Below are positions 1-12,723 of a stretch of 64,000 nt of DNA, one piece after another. Location: assembly GCF_963921235.1 (NCBI RefSeq), contig NC_086097.1:100442001-100506000 (forward strand), written 5' to 3'. The stretch's first letter is position 1. Each line of letters starts with the position of its first letter. The notes below the pieces were generated by a model. That model saw nothing but the letters and a program-made list of their open reading frames with translations. It was not told the DNA's origin and searched no databases. Source of the stretch: Mobula hypostoma (taxonomy: Eukaryota). The translations under genes and the position numbers were made by a program.

Positions 1-497
1 GGTGCTTGATTGTTGGCGCAGACATGAAGGGCTGAAAGGCCTGTTTCCTTGTTCAGCCAGAGTGGCTCTGCTCCCCAAATTTCCAAGTTCATTCCCCTCT
101 ATGTTGCTGCCTTACTTTGGTTCCTAGTTAGGAAATGCCTTCACTCCTTGTTTCCAACTCTCCTTTGGCCTCAGCACCCTCAGAAATCTTCCCCCATTCA
201 AGCCGCTCCGAAATAGTCACATTTCCCCAATTCCAGCTTCTTGCACTTGCACGGGGTTCCTAGTTCAACCATTAGCTGCTTTGCCTTTCAATGTCACAGA
301 CCAAAGCTCAAATCCTCCAAAACCCCTCTGCTCTGCACAACCACTTCATTATTTATGATGCTCCTTAAACACCTTAAGCATGCCCTTAAATCTGGTTAAA
401 ATGTTAGAGGAACCTTGCTTCCTGTCACCATGTCACACCAGCCATGTGAATACAAGTTCTTGTAGACAGTGCATGTGGCCAAGCTGAGAGATGATAA

Positions 498-1373
498 TGT
501 CATACAGAGGAGGTGGCTGGGAATGGACCCAAGTGCAAGACACAGACACTGAAGTACGAGGGACAGGACTAGGATACAGGGTGAGGGCAAGGACATGGAC
601 ATGAAAACTGGGAACCCGGAACTGGACTGGACAAGAGAGCTAGGAGCCTGGACTTGGACTCTGAGCCAGAGACTGGACAAGGATCCAGTACCTGGGTCTT
701 GCCTCTGGCTCGGACCCCAGAACTAGGCAAGGATGAGGCTTGGCAGGCAGGCAAGACGAGGCTGGAGTCTTCAGGCTTGAGGCTAGAGGCGAAGCTTGGC
801 AGGAGGCAGGAAGCTGGAGTCTTCAGGCTTGAGTCTAGAGGCTAGAGACTTGAGGCGAGGCTTGGCAGGAGGCAGGAGGCTGGAGTCTTCAGGCTTGAGG
901 CTAGGCAGGAGGATGGAGTCTTTAGGCTTGAGGCTAGGCAGGCTCCTCCTGGGCAGGGCGCGGATCACCACCCGACAGAGGCATGGGACAGGAAGGGACA
1001 GAACCAACCGCAGGTAACGGCAAGACAGCCTGTCTTACCCGGCGGAGGCAAGGGACAGGAATGGAGCTAGGTACGGGGTGGCTCCAGGACAAGACTGAAG
1101 GCAAGACGAGGTGAGAGTTACCAGCAAAACCAAGCAAGGTTTCAGGCGAGGAAACAGAACGCAGAGGAAGGGATACAAGGAGTAAGGACAAGAACAATCC
1201 AGCAGCCATGTCCTGGTCTCTGAAGGTATTTATGTAGCCAGCCCCAACGAGCATCAGCTGCCTCAATTAGAGCTCAACAAGAACAGAGACAGGGTAGACA
1301 GGAAAATCTGGAGCAAGGGTCGATGGACCGGACCGTGAACCGGAATATGGACTACGCGGATCGGACCATGACA
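498..1373 (-). mobile_element. Solo LTR (Gypsy-like) with internal short tandem repeats
   Basis: Termini TGTCAT...ATGACA; exact 5-bp flanking duplication GATAA (493-497 and 1374-1378); reverse-complement similarity to 13881-15060. Strand is relative to that copy. Confidence 0.85.
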
Positions 1374-2062
1374 GATAATAGTATTAATGGAGACCAAGAC
1401 ATCAAAGGTGGCTAATGCAAGGATATTATAATTTATTGGGGTATCATGATGTCTATATTCTGAAAGCATATATTTGCAACTACCTCACTATTTTTTTCTC
1501 GCTTTCCACTATTTATTCAATTTAACTTTTTAAATATATATATTACTTACTGTAATCCAGTTTTTGTTATCATGTATTGCAATATACTGCAGCCGCATAA
1601 CAACACATTCCAGTGATGTTAAACCTGATTCTGACTCTGAACTAATTGGCTCATTTTTGTTTTACAAGGGCAGCATGTTGAGATGAGGGTGGAGAGAAGT
1701 GGCGATGTGGATGGTGCCAAAGTAAGGAGTGGTCAGAGGGTGGGCCAGTGAGCTCAGACAAGACAGCAAGGTGAAGACAGTGACTGTAACTATAGTGTAG
1801 GCAGCTGACTTACAGATGGGAGAGATGAATGGAGGGATGGAGGGCAGAGAATTGAAAAGGACACAGATCAGGACTTCTCTTAACATCAGTGCAGCAGTTG
1901 AGCAGGTATAGCATCAAGGAGCCCTGGTAAATCTGATGTCAGTGGGCGTCGTAGCGGAAAACTCTCCAGTGGCTGGTGTCAGTTCTGTTGTGATATTTAT
2001 TGTTATGCAATAGCAATGGTACATTGCAATCCATAACAATAAAAACTGGAATTATAATAAAA

Positions 2063-2076
2063 TGTGTGTGTGTGTG

Positions 2077-2116
<40 letters not shown>
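2063..2116. repeat. (TG)n microsatellite
   Basis: Directly visible dinucleotide run. Confidence 0.95.
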
Positions 2117-2120
<4 letters not shown>

Positions 2121-2444
2121 GATAAATAAGTAGTGCAAAACGAGGAGAAAATTAGTGACGTAGTGTACAAGGGTTCAATGTCCATTCAGAAATCTGATGG
2201 CTGAGGGGAAGAAGCTGCTATCACTGAGTGCGTGCCTTCAGGCTCCCATACCTCCTTGCTGATGGTAGCAATGAGAAGAGGGCATATTATATACATTTTT
2301 TGGAATAAAGAATACAATTAGGACAAAAGCAACCAAGTGCACTTTAGTGCAAAATGCTCAAAGTGGTCTTAGTGTTGCTATATTAAGTAGAGTTACATAG
2401 GTTGGTTCAAGAAGGGAAGTAGCTATCCCAATGCATCACTATAG

Positions 2445-3240
2445 GATAAACACAAGATATTTTGCAGATGCTGGAAATTCAGAGCAACACACACAAAATG
2501 CTGGAAGAACTCAGCAAGTCAGACAGTATTTATGGAAATGAATGAACAGTCAACGTTTTGGGCCAAGACCCTTCATTATGAATGGAAAGAAAGAAGCCAG
2601 AATAAGAAGGTGGGGTGGATGGGAAGGGGAACATGCTAGAAGATGATAGGTGAAGCCAAGTGGGGGTGGGGGGGATGAAATAGGAAGCTGGGAAGTGATA
2701 GGTGGAAAAAGTAATGGACTAGAGAAGAAAGAATCTGATAGGAGGGGAGAATGGACTGGGGGGTCAAAGGGAAGGAGGAGGGGCACTAAGGGGATTGCTC
2801 CTCCACTCCATATACAAAAAGCAGGCTTTCCGATGGCCAACCATTTTAATTCAAACCCCCATTCCCATTCAAACACATCAGTCCATTGTCTCCTCTACTG
2901 CCACGATGAGGCCATTCTCAGGTTAGAGGAGCAACACCTTGTATTCCATCTGGATAACCTCCAACCTGATGGCATGAACAATGATTTCTCCTTCATCCTT
3001 TCACTTCTTCCCTCTCCCCCTTCCTTCTTCTTCAGTTCTTCATTCTGCACCCTACCCTTACTTCTTCTTTTCTCCTCCTCTGCCTATTATTTCCCCGGTG
3101 CCCCTCCTCCTCTCCTTACTCTGGCTTCTTCCCCCTTCCTTTCCAGTCCTGATGAAGGGTCTGAACCCTTGTCTGTTCATTTCCACAGATACTGTCTGAC
3201 CTGCTGAATTCCTCCAGCATTTTCTGTGTGTTGCATCATT
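2445..3240 (+). mobile_element. Penelope-like element 3' fragment (GIY-YIG C-terminus) preceded by an inverted pseudo-LTR copy
   Basis: Translation PMANHFNSNPHSHS...LRLEEQHLVFHLDNLQPDGMN resembles the PLE endonuclease C-terminus; the terminal block at ~2470-2580 (minus) mirrors ~3140-3235 (plus). Confidence 0.75.
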
Positions 3241-3689
3241 ACAGGAGTTCCACAGGACAGTGTCGCAGCCCCAACCACCCACAGGTGCTTCACCATTGAC
3301 CTTCCTTCCATTGTACGGTCAGAAGTGGGGACGTGCACGACGTTCACTTCATTCAGCAAATCAGGCCACCAATAGTCAGATTCAGGTGCAGACGAACAAG
3401 CAGCAAATAACATCTATGCCACTTAAGTAGCGGGTAGTGACCACCTCCAACAAGAGAGGGTCCAACCACCTGCCCTTTACATCCAGTAGCATCATTATTA
3501 ACAATTCCCTACCATCAATAATCTGAGGGTCACCATTGACCAGAAACTCAATTCAAAGTTCAATGTAAATTTATATTCAAAGTGTATGTATATCTCCATA
3601 TACTACCCCAAGATTAATTTTCTTGCAGGCATTTGCAGTAGAATAATGTGGAATTAATGAAAAACTGTACACAACTGCAGTTAGTATCT

Positions 3690-6460
3690 GTCATACAGCT
3701 AGCCCTGACACACCGAGAAAGCAAGGACACTTACAGTAGTCCACATGTTGTTTCTGGATTTCAGCTCAGCATTCAATACTATTGAACTAACTCCCACTCC
3801 TTATCTAAATATAACACTGAGCAACTGGGTGTTGGCCTTCCAAACCAACAGACCTCAGATAGTCAGGATGAATGACCTCTCTCCCTCCCCATCATCATTA
3901 ACACGGGTGCCCCCCCCACCCCCCGGGCTGTGTGCTGAGCTCATTGCTGGACACTCTGCTCACACGTGTCTGCACAGCCAAACACCCGAGTAATCACATT
4001 GTCAGGTTCACGGATGACACAACAGTGGTAGAGCTCATCACCAGTGACGATGAGACAGCCTACAAAGAGGAGGGGGAAGAGTTTAAGGCCTGGTGCCAGG
4101 AAAACAATCTCTTCCTCAATGTCAACAGGACAAAAGAGATGTTTATTGACTTCTGGCAAACTCAAACAACTCACACCCTTCCTTTCATCGCTGGCACAGC
4201 AGTGGAAACTGAGCAGTTTCAAACTCCTGGGAGTGTACATCACACACAACCCCTCATGTCCCAGTGTCAAACTCCTGGGAGTGTACATCACACACAACCT
4301 CTCATGTCCCAGTGTCAAACTCCTAGGAGCACACATCTCACACAACCTCTCATCTCCCAGTGTCAAACTCCTGGGAGTGTACATCTCACACAACCTCTCA
4401 TGTCCCAGTGTCAAACTCCTGGGAGTGTACATCACACACAACCTCTCATGTCCCAGTGTCAAACTCCTGGGAGCACACATCACACACAACCCCTCATGTC
4501 CCAGTGTGAGACTCCTGGGAGTGTACATCACACACAACCTCTCATGTCCCAGTTTCAAACTCCTAGGAGCACACATCACACACAACCTCTCATGTCCCAG
4601 TGTCAAACTCCTGGGAGTGTACATCACACACAACCTTTCATGTCCCAGTGTCAAACTCCTGGGAGTGTACATCACACACAACCTCTCATGTCCCAGTGTC
4701 AAACTCCTAGGAGTGTACATCACGCACAACCTCTCATGTCCCAGTGTCAAACTCCTGGGAGTGTACATCACACACAACCTCTCATGTCCCAGTGTCAAAC
4801 TCCTGGGAGTGTACATCACACACAACCTCTCATGTCCCAGTGTCAAACTCTTGGGAGTGCACATCACACACAACCTCTCATGTCCCAGTGTCAAACTCCT
4901 GGGAGTGTACATCACACACAACCTCTCATGTCCCAGTGTCAAACTCCTGGGAGTGTACATCACACACAACCTCTCATGTCCCAGTGTCAAACTCCTGGGA
5001 GCACACATCACACACAACCCCTCATGTCCCAGTGTGAGACTCCTGGGAGTGTACATCACACACAACCTCTCATGTCCTAGTTTCAAACTCCTAGGAGCAC
5101 ACATCACACACAACCTCTCATGTCCCAGTGTCAAACTCCTGGGAGTGTACATCACACACAACCTCTCATGTCCCAGTGTCAAACTCCTGGGAGTGTACAT
5201 CACACACAACCTCTCATGTCCCAGTGTCAAACTCCTGGGAGTGTACATCACACACAACCTCTCATGTCCCAGTGTCAAACTCCTGGGAGTGTACATCACA
5301 CACAACCTCTCATGTCCCAGTGTCAAACTCCTGGGAGTGTACATCACACACAACCTCTCATGTCCCAGTGTCAAACTCCTGAGAGTGTACATCACACACA
5401 ACCTCTCATGTCCCAGTGTCAAACTCCTGGGAGTGTACATCACACACAACCTCTCATGTCCCAGTGTCAAACTCCTGGGAGTGTACATCTCACAGACAAC
5501 CTCTCATGTCCCAGTGTGAAACTCCTGGGAGTGTACATCACACACAACCTCTCATGTCCCAGTGTCAAACTCCTGGGAGTGTACATCACACACAACCTTT
5601 CATGTCCCAGTGTGAAACTCCTGAGAGTGTACATCACACACAACCTCTCATGTCCCAGTGTCAAACTCCTAGGAGCACACATCACACACAACCTCTCATG
5701 TCCCAGTGTCAAACTCCTGGGAGTGTACATCACACACAACCTCTCATGTCCCAGTGTCAAACTCCTGGGAGTGTACATCACACACAACCTCTCATGTCCC
5801 AGTGTCAAACTCCTGGGAGTGTACATCACACACAACCTCTCATGTCCCAGTGTGAAACTCCTGGGAATGTACATCACACACAACCTCTCATGTCCCAGTG
5901 TCAAACTCCTAGGAGTGTACATCACACACAACCTCTCATGTCCCAGTGTTAAACTCCTAGGAGCACACATCACACACAACCCCTCATGTCCCAGTTTCAG
6001 ACTCCTGGGAGTGCACATCTTACACAATCTCTCACGGTTCCAGAACATATTCTACACAATCAGGAAAATTCACCAACACCTCTACCTTCTGAGGAGGTTG
6101 AAGAGAGCTGGACTATGCACACCTTTATACTCACATCCTTCTACAAATGAATAGTAGAGAGCATTCTAACATGCGGTATCACTGAATGGTACAGAAACTG
6201 CACCACGGCAGACAGGAAAACTCTACACCGGGTAGTCAAAACTGCCTAGTGCATCACTGGCAGCAGCCTACCCACCAGCTCAGACGTAGATACAGAAAGG
6301 TGCTGGGAAAGAGCCAGGAACATCATGAAGGACAGCAAGCCCCTGCTCATAGACTGTTTGTCCCACTTCCATCAGGGAGGAGGCTATGTAGCATCCACAC
6401 CAGGAGCACCAGACCCAAAAACAGTTACTTCCTCAAGCAGTAAGGATGATCAACACTTCC
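3690..6460 (+). mobile_element. Decayed Rex1/Babar-like LINE RT region, interrupted by a 48-bp tandem array
   Basis: Motifs MLFLDFSSAFNTI, RFTDDTTVV, WCQENNLFLNVNRTKEM, HLYLLRRLKRAG and PLPSGRRL; frameshifted. Confidence 0.85.
4213..6030 (+). repeat. 48-bp minisatellite, about 38 copies
   Basis: Unit CAGTGTCAAACTCCTGGGAGTGTACATCACACACAACCTCTCATGTCC, which translates as SVKLLGVYITHNLSCP. Confidence 0.95.
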
Positions 6461-6699
6461 ACCCATCACCGCTCTAGCATTTCCTGTCTGCCACCCTATG
6501 TACAGACACTCCTGTGGCTGCGACAGGCATCGCCTTACAGACATGCAATCAATCTATGTATTTTATTATTGTGTTTTATTTATTGTGGTTTTTAGTATTG
6601 TGTTCTTTATCTTATTGTGTTTTTTTTGTTCTGTATTTGATCCGGAGTAACATTAATTTGTTCTCCTTTAACTCGTGTACTGGAAATGGCATTAAACCA

Positions 6700-7640
6700 T
6701 CTTGACAATCTTGAAGAGAAAACAAACCAATACACACTGAGAACATGAGTTGTAGAGTCTATAGGTTCAGTGTTGAGATGAGTGAAGTTATCCTTGCTGA
6801 TTCAGGAGACTGATGGTTGAAGAGTAATAACTGTTTCTGAACCTGGTAGTGTGGGACCTGAGGCTCCTTTATCTCCTTCCTGTGAGAAGAGAGCATTACC
6901 TGGGTGGTGCAGGTCCCTTGTTGATGTACGCTACTTTCCTGTGGCAGCACTCCTTCTAGATGTGCTGAATGGTGGGGATGGATTTTCCTGTGACGGACTG
7001 GGCTGTCTCCAAAGCAGCACACACAAATTGCTGGAGGAACTTAGCTGGTCAGGCAGCATCTATGGGAACGAGTGAACAGTCGATGTTTTGGGCCGAGACC
7101 CTTCAGCAGGGTTCAGGATTTCCAGCATCGGCAGAGTTTCCTGTGGTTGGGCTGCCTCCACGTCTTTTTGTAGGCTTTCCCGCTCTTGGGCATTGCTGTT
7201 TCCATACCAGGCCATGATGCAGCCAGCCAGGACACTCCGCTGTGCATCTATAGAAGTTTGTCAGTTCTAGATGACATGCCAAATCTGCACAAACTTATAA
7301 GAAAATAGAGTGCTGCCCAGCCTTCTTTGTGACGGCACTTGCTTGCTAGGCCCAGGATAAATCATAATGGCAAGAAATTTGAAGTTGCTGACCCTCTCCA
7401 CCTCTGATCCCGTAATGAGGGCTGGCTCATGGACCTCCTCCTGTAGTCAGTAATCAGCCCTTCGGTTTTGCTGAGGTTGAGTGAGTGGTGGTTGTTGGGG
7501 CAGCGACCCAACCAGATTTTCAATCTCCCTCCTGTATGCTGAGTCATTACCACGTTTGATTTGGCCAACAACAGCAGACTTAAATACGGCATTGGAGCCT
7601 GCTTAGCCATACAATCATAAGTATTGAGCAGAGATAACAA
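6700..7640 (-). mobile_element. Decayed Rex1/Babar-like LINE 3' fragment containing a Penelope pseudo-LTR fragment (~7015-7140)
   Basis: Minus-strand remnant LNLSKTEGLITDYRR and LINE-like 3' end; embedded block similar to 2470-2580. Confidence 0.55.
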
Positions 7641-7879
7641 AATCTGGTGACTATGGGGAAAGAAATAGTCAATCGCTTGGGTGGAGGATCCAGCAGCAGA
7701 ACTGGAAGACTGAGGAGACATTTCTGTTCTATGTTCCAGAGAGGGGGAAATGAGGAGAGAGCTCTGAGAAGGACTTTGACAGGATGCAAACCAAGGTTGT
7801 CAAGGTAACAATTAGTTTAAAACCTGGTAGATAGAGACAGAAAAGTGAAAAGGGAGAAAATAAAGAGAAGTACAGGTTG

Positions 7880-8515
7880 ACTCTGTGGTTAAGAAGGCAT
7901 ACGGTGTATTGGCCTTCATCAATTGTGGGACTGAGTGTAGGAGCCGAGATATAATGTTGCAGCTATATAGGACCCTGGTCAGACTACGCTTGGAGTACTG
8001 TGCTCAGTTCTGGTCGCCTCACTACAGGAAGGATGTGGAAACCATAGAAAGGGTGCAGAGGAGATTTACAAGGATTTTGCCTGGATTGGGAAGCATGCCT
8101 TATGAGAATAGGTTGAGTGAACTCGGCCTTTTCTCCTTGGAGCGACGGAAGATGAGAGGTGACCTGATAAGATGATGAGAGGCATTGATCGTATGGATAG
8201 TCAGAGGCTTCTTTGTGAAATGCCTAGCACGAGAGGGCACAGTTTTAAGGTGCTTGGAACTAGGTACAGAGGAGATGTCAGGGGTAAATTTTTTACACGG
8301 AGAGTGGTGAGTGTGGGGAATGGGCTGCCGGAGACGGTGGTGGAGGCGGATACAATAGGGTCTTTTAAGAGACTCCTGGATAGGTACATGGAGCTTAGAA
8401 AAATAGAGGGCTATGGGTAACCCTAGGTAATTTCAAAGGTTAGTATATGTTTGGCACAGCATTGTGGGCCGAAGGGCCTGTATTGTGCTGTAGGTTTTCT
8501 ATGTTTCTATGTTTC
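7880..8515 (+). mobile_element. CR1 LINE 3' fragment
   Basis: LYRTLVRLRLEYCAQFWSPHYRKD...LGLFSLERRKMRGDL; 3' hairpin region and (TTTCTATG)n tail. Confidence 0.9.
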
Positions 8516-9280
8516 TACACATCTGTGTAGCTATAGAGAGAGAGAGAGGTAGAGAGAAAGAGAGAGGGAAAGAAAGAAAAAGGGAGATGGAGAGATAGAA
8601 GAAGGGAGAGGGAGAGATAGAAAAGGAGAAAGAGCTGGAGACAGGTATATATGATTCACACAAAATGCTGAAGGAACTCTGCATATCAGGTGGCTTCTGT
8701 GATTGTGAGGAGACAGTTGAAGTTTTGAGGTGAGACTCTTCATCAGGGCTGGTTGTGCTGAATCCCCAGCATTTGCAGGATCTTTTATGTTTAAGATATT
8801 CCATACATGTTTGCTCTTAAAGTGGTTGTTTCCTTCAGCAGAGGGCCAGACACAGGGGCAGAGATTAAAAGTAACAGGTAGAGGAATTTGAGGGGAGATG
8901 GAAATATGTTTCCCCAAGAGGACAGTGGAGGACTGGAATTCACTGTTACAGACAGAGACCCTCCACATATTTAAACAAGATTTGGGTGTGAAGCACTGGG
9001 CCCAAGGGGGCCAGATCAGGCTCCTTCTCAGCTGGCACTGCCATGATGGGCCAAATAGCCTCTTGTGTGGTGGATTTTCTGTGATTCCATGAGGGACAGA
9101 CATTGGATGTTGTCAGCAGCACCAATATCCCAATGGAAAACAAGGAATATTGGTTTGCTGATCAATGGCTGACCTGATCTCCAGGCAGCTGGCTGCAGTC
9201 TGAGTGAGAGCTGATGCTTCCGAACATACACAGATTGTAAGAAACCTTCAGCCTGTTGTCAGTGTCAGTGTTCTTGGGCC

Positions 9281-9433
9281 CTAGATGAGGATTTGCATGG
9301 AGATGTCTCTCAATGCTGTGGAGGGAGAGATGTGGAAGACCCTGTGCTCTGCCTGTCGTGAGTAGCGTTGTCTGAGACGATGGCAATGACAGGAGGTGGA
9401 GATTTCCCACTGGAGGAGCTGCTCCCCATGTCT
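9281..9433 (-). CDS. Candidate terminal coding exon of an unidentified minus-strand gene (RHGEQLLQWEIST...MQILI*)
   Basis: Acceptor ttcaagtgttcctgcag; phase 0, matching candidate exon 9761-9887; unique sequence. Confidence 0.3.
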   Translation of the reverse strand, partial: RHGEQLLQWEISTSCHCHRLRQRYSRQAEHRVFHISPSTALRDISMQILI

Positions 9434-9499
9434 CTGCAGGAACACTTGAAGAACAGCCCGGGGGGGGGGGCAGAGCTTGTGGCACAAGGATGAAGTATG

Positions 9500-9725
9500 T
9501 TCTGGGAATACCCCGGATGCTCCAGATTCCTCCCACGTCACAAAGGGGTGGATTGGGAGGTTGGCAGGTTAATTAGCCACTGAGAATTGCCCCTAGTGTG
9601 TGGGTGAATGGTGGGATCTAAAGGAGCTGATTCTACTGTGGGAAGAATAAAATGGGCTGTATAAATAGCTGGGTGGGTAGCAGAGACTTGGAGGGCTGAA
9701 GGTCCTGTTCCTGTGCATTGTAACT
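9500..9725 (+). mobile_element. V-SINE/HE1-like SINE fragment with CR1-like tail
   Basis: Core-like ccggatgctccagattcctcccac...ggttaattagcc...ttgcccctagtgtg, followed by gggctgaaggtcctgttcctgtgc. Confidence 0.55.
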
Positions 9726-9760
9726 ATGTCCCAGAGGAGGTAACTCGGTGAGATCCATAC

Positions 9761-9887
9761 GGAAAAGTTGTAGGTGAGCTGATTGGTATCTGTGGGCGAT
9801 TTCAGCTCTGTCAGTGTCACCGGAATCTCCCAGCACTGCACATTGTCCTCAGCAGCAGTTTGAATGATCTCCAGTTTGCCAGAGATC
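9761..9887 (-). CDS. Candidate internal exon (ISGKLEIIQTAAEDNVQCWEIPVTLTELKSPTDTNQLTYNFS)
   Basis: Acceptor tttcttttgtcctcaag, donor GTATGG; 127 nt, phase 2 to 0, open frame. Confidence 0.4.
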
Positions 9888-10845
9888 CTTGAGGACAAAA
9901 GAAACTGTGGATGCTGGAATCTGGATTGAGAATCAGAATGCTGGAAGGACCTTGCAGGTTAGGCAGCACCACTGACGTTTCAAGCCAAGACCCTGTACTT
10001 CTAGTGGCAATCTTACTCCTTTCCACTCATTCCGGAAAGCTGACCAACATCTTTTGCCTCCACAGTGCCGCCTGGCCTACTGAGTTCTTCCAGCATTCTG
10101 TTTTTAGTTAGTAAGGAAGCCCTGCTGCTGCAGTTTTATGAATTATTTACAGTGAGCACCATGCAAATGATCATGTTTGTGTGAAATAACTTCCCTGACC
10201 TGTTCCCCTGCTGCTGGAAATGACCAGTAAGCTGGTTTGCACTCAGATGCAGCGGCCTCTCGAGGACCAATCACAGGCATTTGTGTCTCTTTAAATGTCC
10301 CTTTTATGAACAAGAGACAATACTGAGTTCCTCCAACATTTTGTGTGTGTTGCTCTGGACTTTGGAAACTTTCAGTACTGTGGGTTTACCCCAGCAGCCA
10401 GGCTGCTCGCTGGTGGAGGAGCTGGACTTGGGGCAGAGCATGCTGCTGCCTGCTTCAGGAAGGCATTGAAGGCATTGGAGTTGGTGCGCAAAGGCAGTGT
10501 GCAGAGAAATGGCACGTGATTGTCTTGTACGTCTCTCTTGCGAGACCCTGTTCGACATTGATAATGTAAAATGTCTCAGACCCACTTCCCTTGTTTGCTG
10601 GTGCATCAGACGCAGAGAGCTGAGTGTCCAGAAGGCCATAAGATATGGGAGCAGAATTAGGCCATTCAGCCCATTGAATCTGCTCCACCATTTGATCATG
10701 GTTGATCAAGACTTACCAAGATTCTATCAGCCTCCACCTTAAATACACCCATTGCAACAGTGTCATCAGTTGTAGCGGGGTCCAGGCCTCAAATTGTGCG
10801 TTTTTTTTTTGTGTGACTGTATGTCTGCTTCCCAGCTTGTATTTG

Positions 10846-11152
10846 TTCTGTGTGTGTCTTGTGCTGTGTTGTACTCTGTGTGTCTTGTGCTGTGTGTGCC
10901 TTGTGTTGTGTGTGCCTTGTGTTGTGTGTGTCTTGTGCTGTGTGTGTCTTGTGCTGTGTGTGCCTTGTGTTGTGTGTGTCTTGTGCTGTGTTGTGTTGTG
11001 TGTGTCTTGTGCTGTGTTGTACTGTGTGTGCCTTGTGTTGTGTGTGTCTTGTGTTGTGTGTGTCTTGTGCTGTGTGTGTCTTGTGCTGTGTGTGCCTTGT
11101 GCTGTGTGTGTCTTGTCTTGTGTTGTGTTAGGTTGTGTGTGTCTTGCGCTGT
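10846..11152. repeat. TG-rich ~16-bp minisatellite (TGTGTGTCTTGTGC-like)
   Basis: Directly visible degenerate tandem array. Confidence 0.9.
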
Positions 11153-11386
11153 GTATATTTTGCATCTTGGCCCCAGGGGAGCATGCATTCATGGATGGTT
11201 GAATGATAATTAAACTTAACTTGAACTTGGACTTGAACTTAGCTTGACTCTAATTGCTAATGTTGTCCAGTGAGACCATGGTGCAAGCCACAACTCCAGG
11301 AACTATTGCACCCCACCCCTCCTCACAGTATCCATTTGCACAATTCCAGTTAAAAAAATCAGTTGCCTGAGGTTCCTCTAGGCAAC

Positions 11387-11552
11387 CTGAAGGCTGATGA
11401 GGGCTTGTATGAAGTTGTGAAAGCTGAGGTCCACCCCCACAGCCAGACCCAGGTCTGCACACTCCTTAACCAGAATGGGGAGGCAGGGGATTGGGTGTTT
11501 TCTCAGTGTCACAACCCCAAACTCCCCCAAAATCTGCTCATCTTCCAGACCT
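11387..11552 (-). CDS. Candidate internal exon (GLEDEQILGEFGVVTLRKHPIPCLPILVKECADLGLAVGVDLSFHNFIQALISLQ)
   Basis: Protein-like open frame in unique sequence; acceptor tttggctgcag, weak donor CAG|GTTGCC. Confidence 0.35.
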
Positions 11553-12376
11553 CTGCAGCCAAACGTAGCCCCACTCCTCACTCCTGTCTTCATTCCAACC
11601 ACTGGCAGTCTCGAACCTTCCATCACCATTATCTCTGCTGTGCCAATGCTCTGAGACTCTGGCCGATATCAATCATTGCTCGAAGCTGTTTTGTTTTAAA
11701 AATACTCCAGGGGTTGCGATTAATAAATCACTTGTGGTAGGTTCTGAATTAGATTTACTAATTCATGATAGCATATGAATTAATAAAACAACCAGACCCG
11801 GATGAAAGCCACTGGTGAAACTGACCATTATCTCCAGACAGTGTAAATGAAGCTTGAGACTAAAATAAATAACAAAAAAATCCTGTTGAACATTTGAGAT
11901 TTCATTTTGATGATATAACTATTATTTTGAAAGGGACTGGACTACAATCAAATGCATGGATTATCACATCCCCCTCCTCCCCTCCTCCTGCATTGCCCTA
12001 ACCACTGTTGTGGCTGGAGGAGGACCTGGCTGTGTCCTGGCACATCTTTAAGCACACTGACACTTCAGTGATCTTGACGAAGGGCTGCACCATCACAGGC
12101 ACTGCTTTTGGGTATGGTCACAGTGAAACAAAATCTCTGGGCACTAGTTCACAACAGAACAGGGGAGTTCTTCCCCTTATCAGCAGATTATCTGGTGATT
12201 ATATATATTTTAAAATTAATTTTCCAGGATCTGGTTGTACCCTGCACTAATTGCCCTAGAGAAGGTGGAGATGTGCTGCCTTCAACCACTATCCCACGAC
12301 AGGAGCACCCTAGAAAGTCTTGTAGAACAGAGGGACCTAAGAGTACTCTAGTGTATTTAATATTTCAGTAATATTT

Positions 12377-12723
12377 GTGTTTGGGTAGTGGGTAGTGGCT
12401 CCATATGTCACTACTACAGGGCATGACGTCCCTGCCCTACAGAAGTCCCGGGCTCAGCTGGCTCTGGCTGACAGTACCCGGTATGGGCCCCTATCCAGGG
12501 TTACGGATCCCACTGCCTTGTATCTTCGGGAGAAGAGAAGGCTAAGGAGTAATCCCTACACAAATCCGGAGTGCAGCCCCTCAGGCGGTTTGATGACGTA
12601 TCATGTCACCTCCCAGCAGCTCCTGCAGCCAAGTTGATGCCAAGTGTACTGCTTTGCATCCCTTTGCACCACATTCGCGAGGCTGAGAGGGGGATCTTGA
12701 AGTCTGGACAGCCCAGGATCTCC
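12377..12723 (+). mobile_element. GC-rich insert in the Gypsy 5' LTR, resembling an RTE-clade 5' UTR
   Basis: Absent from the other LTR copies; flanked by ATATTT (12371-12376 and 12724-12729); the family call rests on recollection of RTE leader sequences. Confidence 0.45.

Noticed and set aside
3932..6154. Overlapping 340-515 aa repeat-protein ORFs on both strands
   Set aside because: They arise from the 48-bp array in a frameshifted LINE; there is no independent sign of coding function.
10161..10296. Promoter from octamer ATGCAAAT, CCAAT and an AT-rich box
   Set aside because: Short motifs expected by chance in 64 kb; no downstream plus-strand exon identified.
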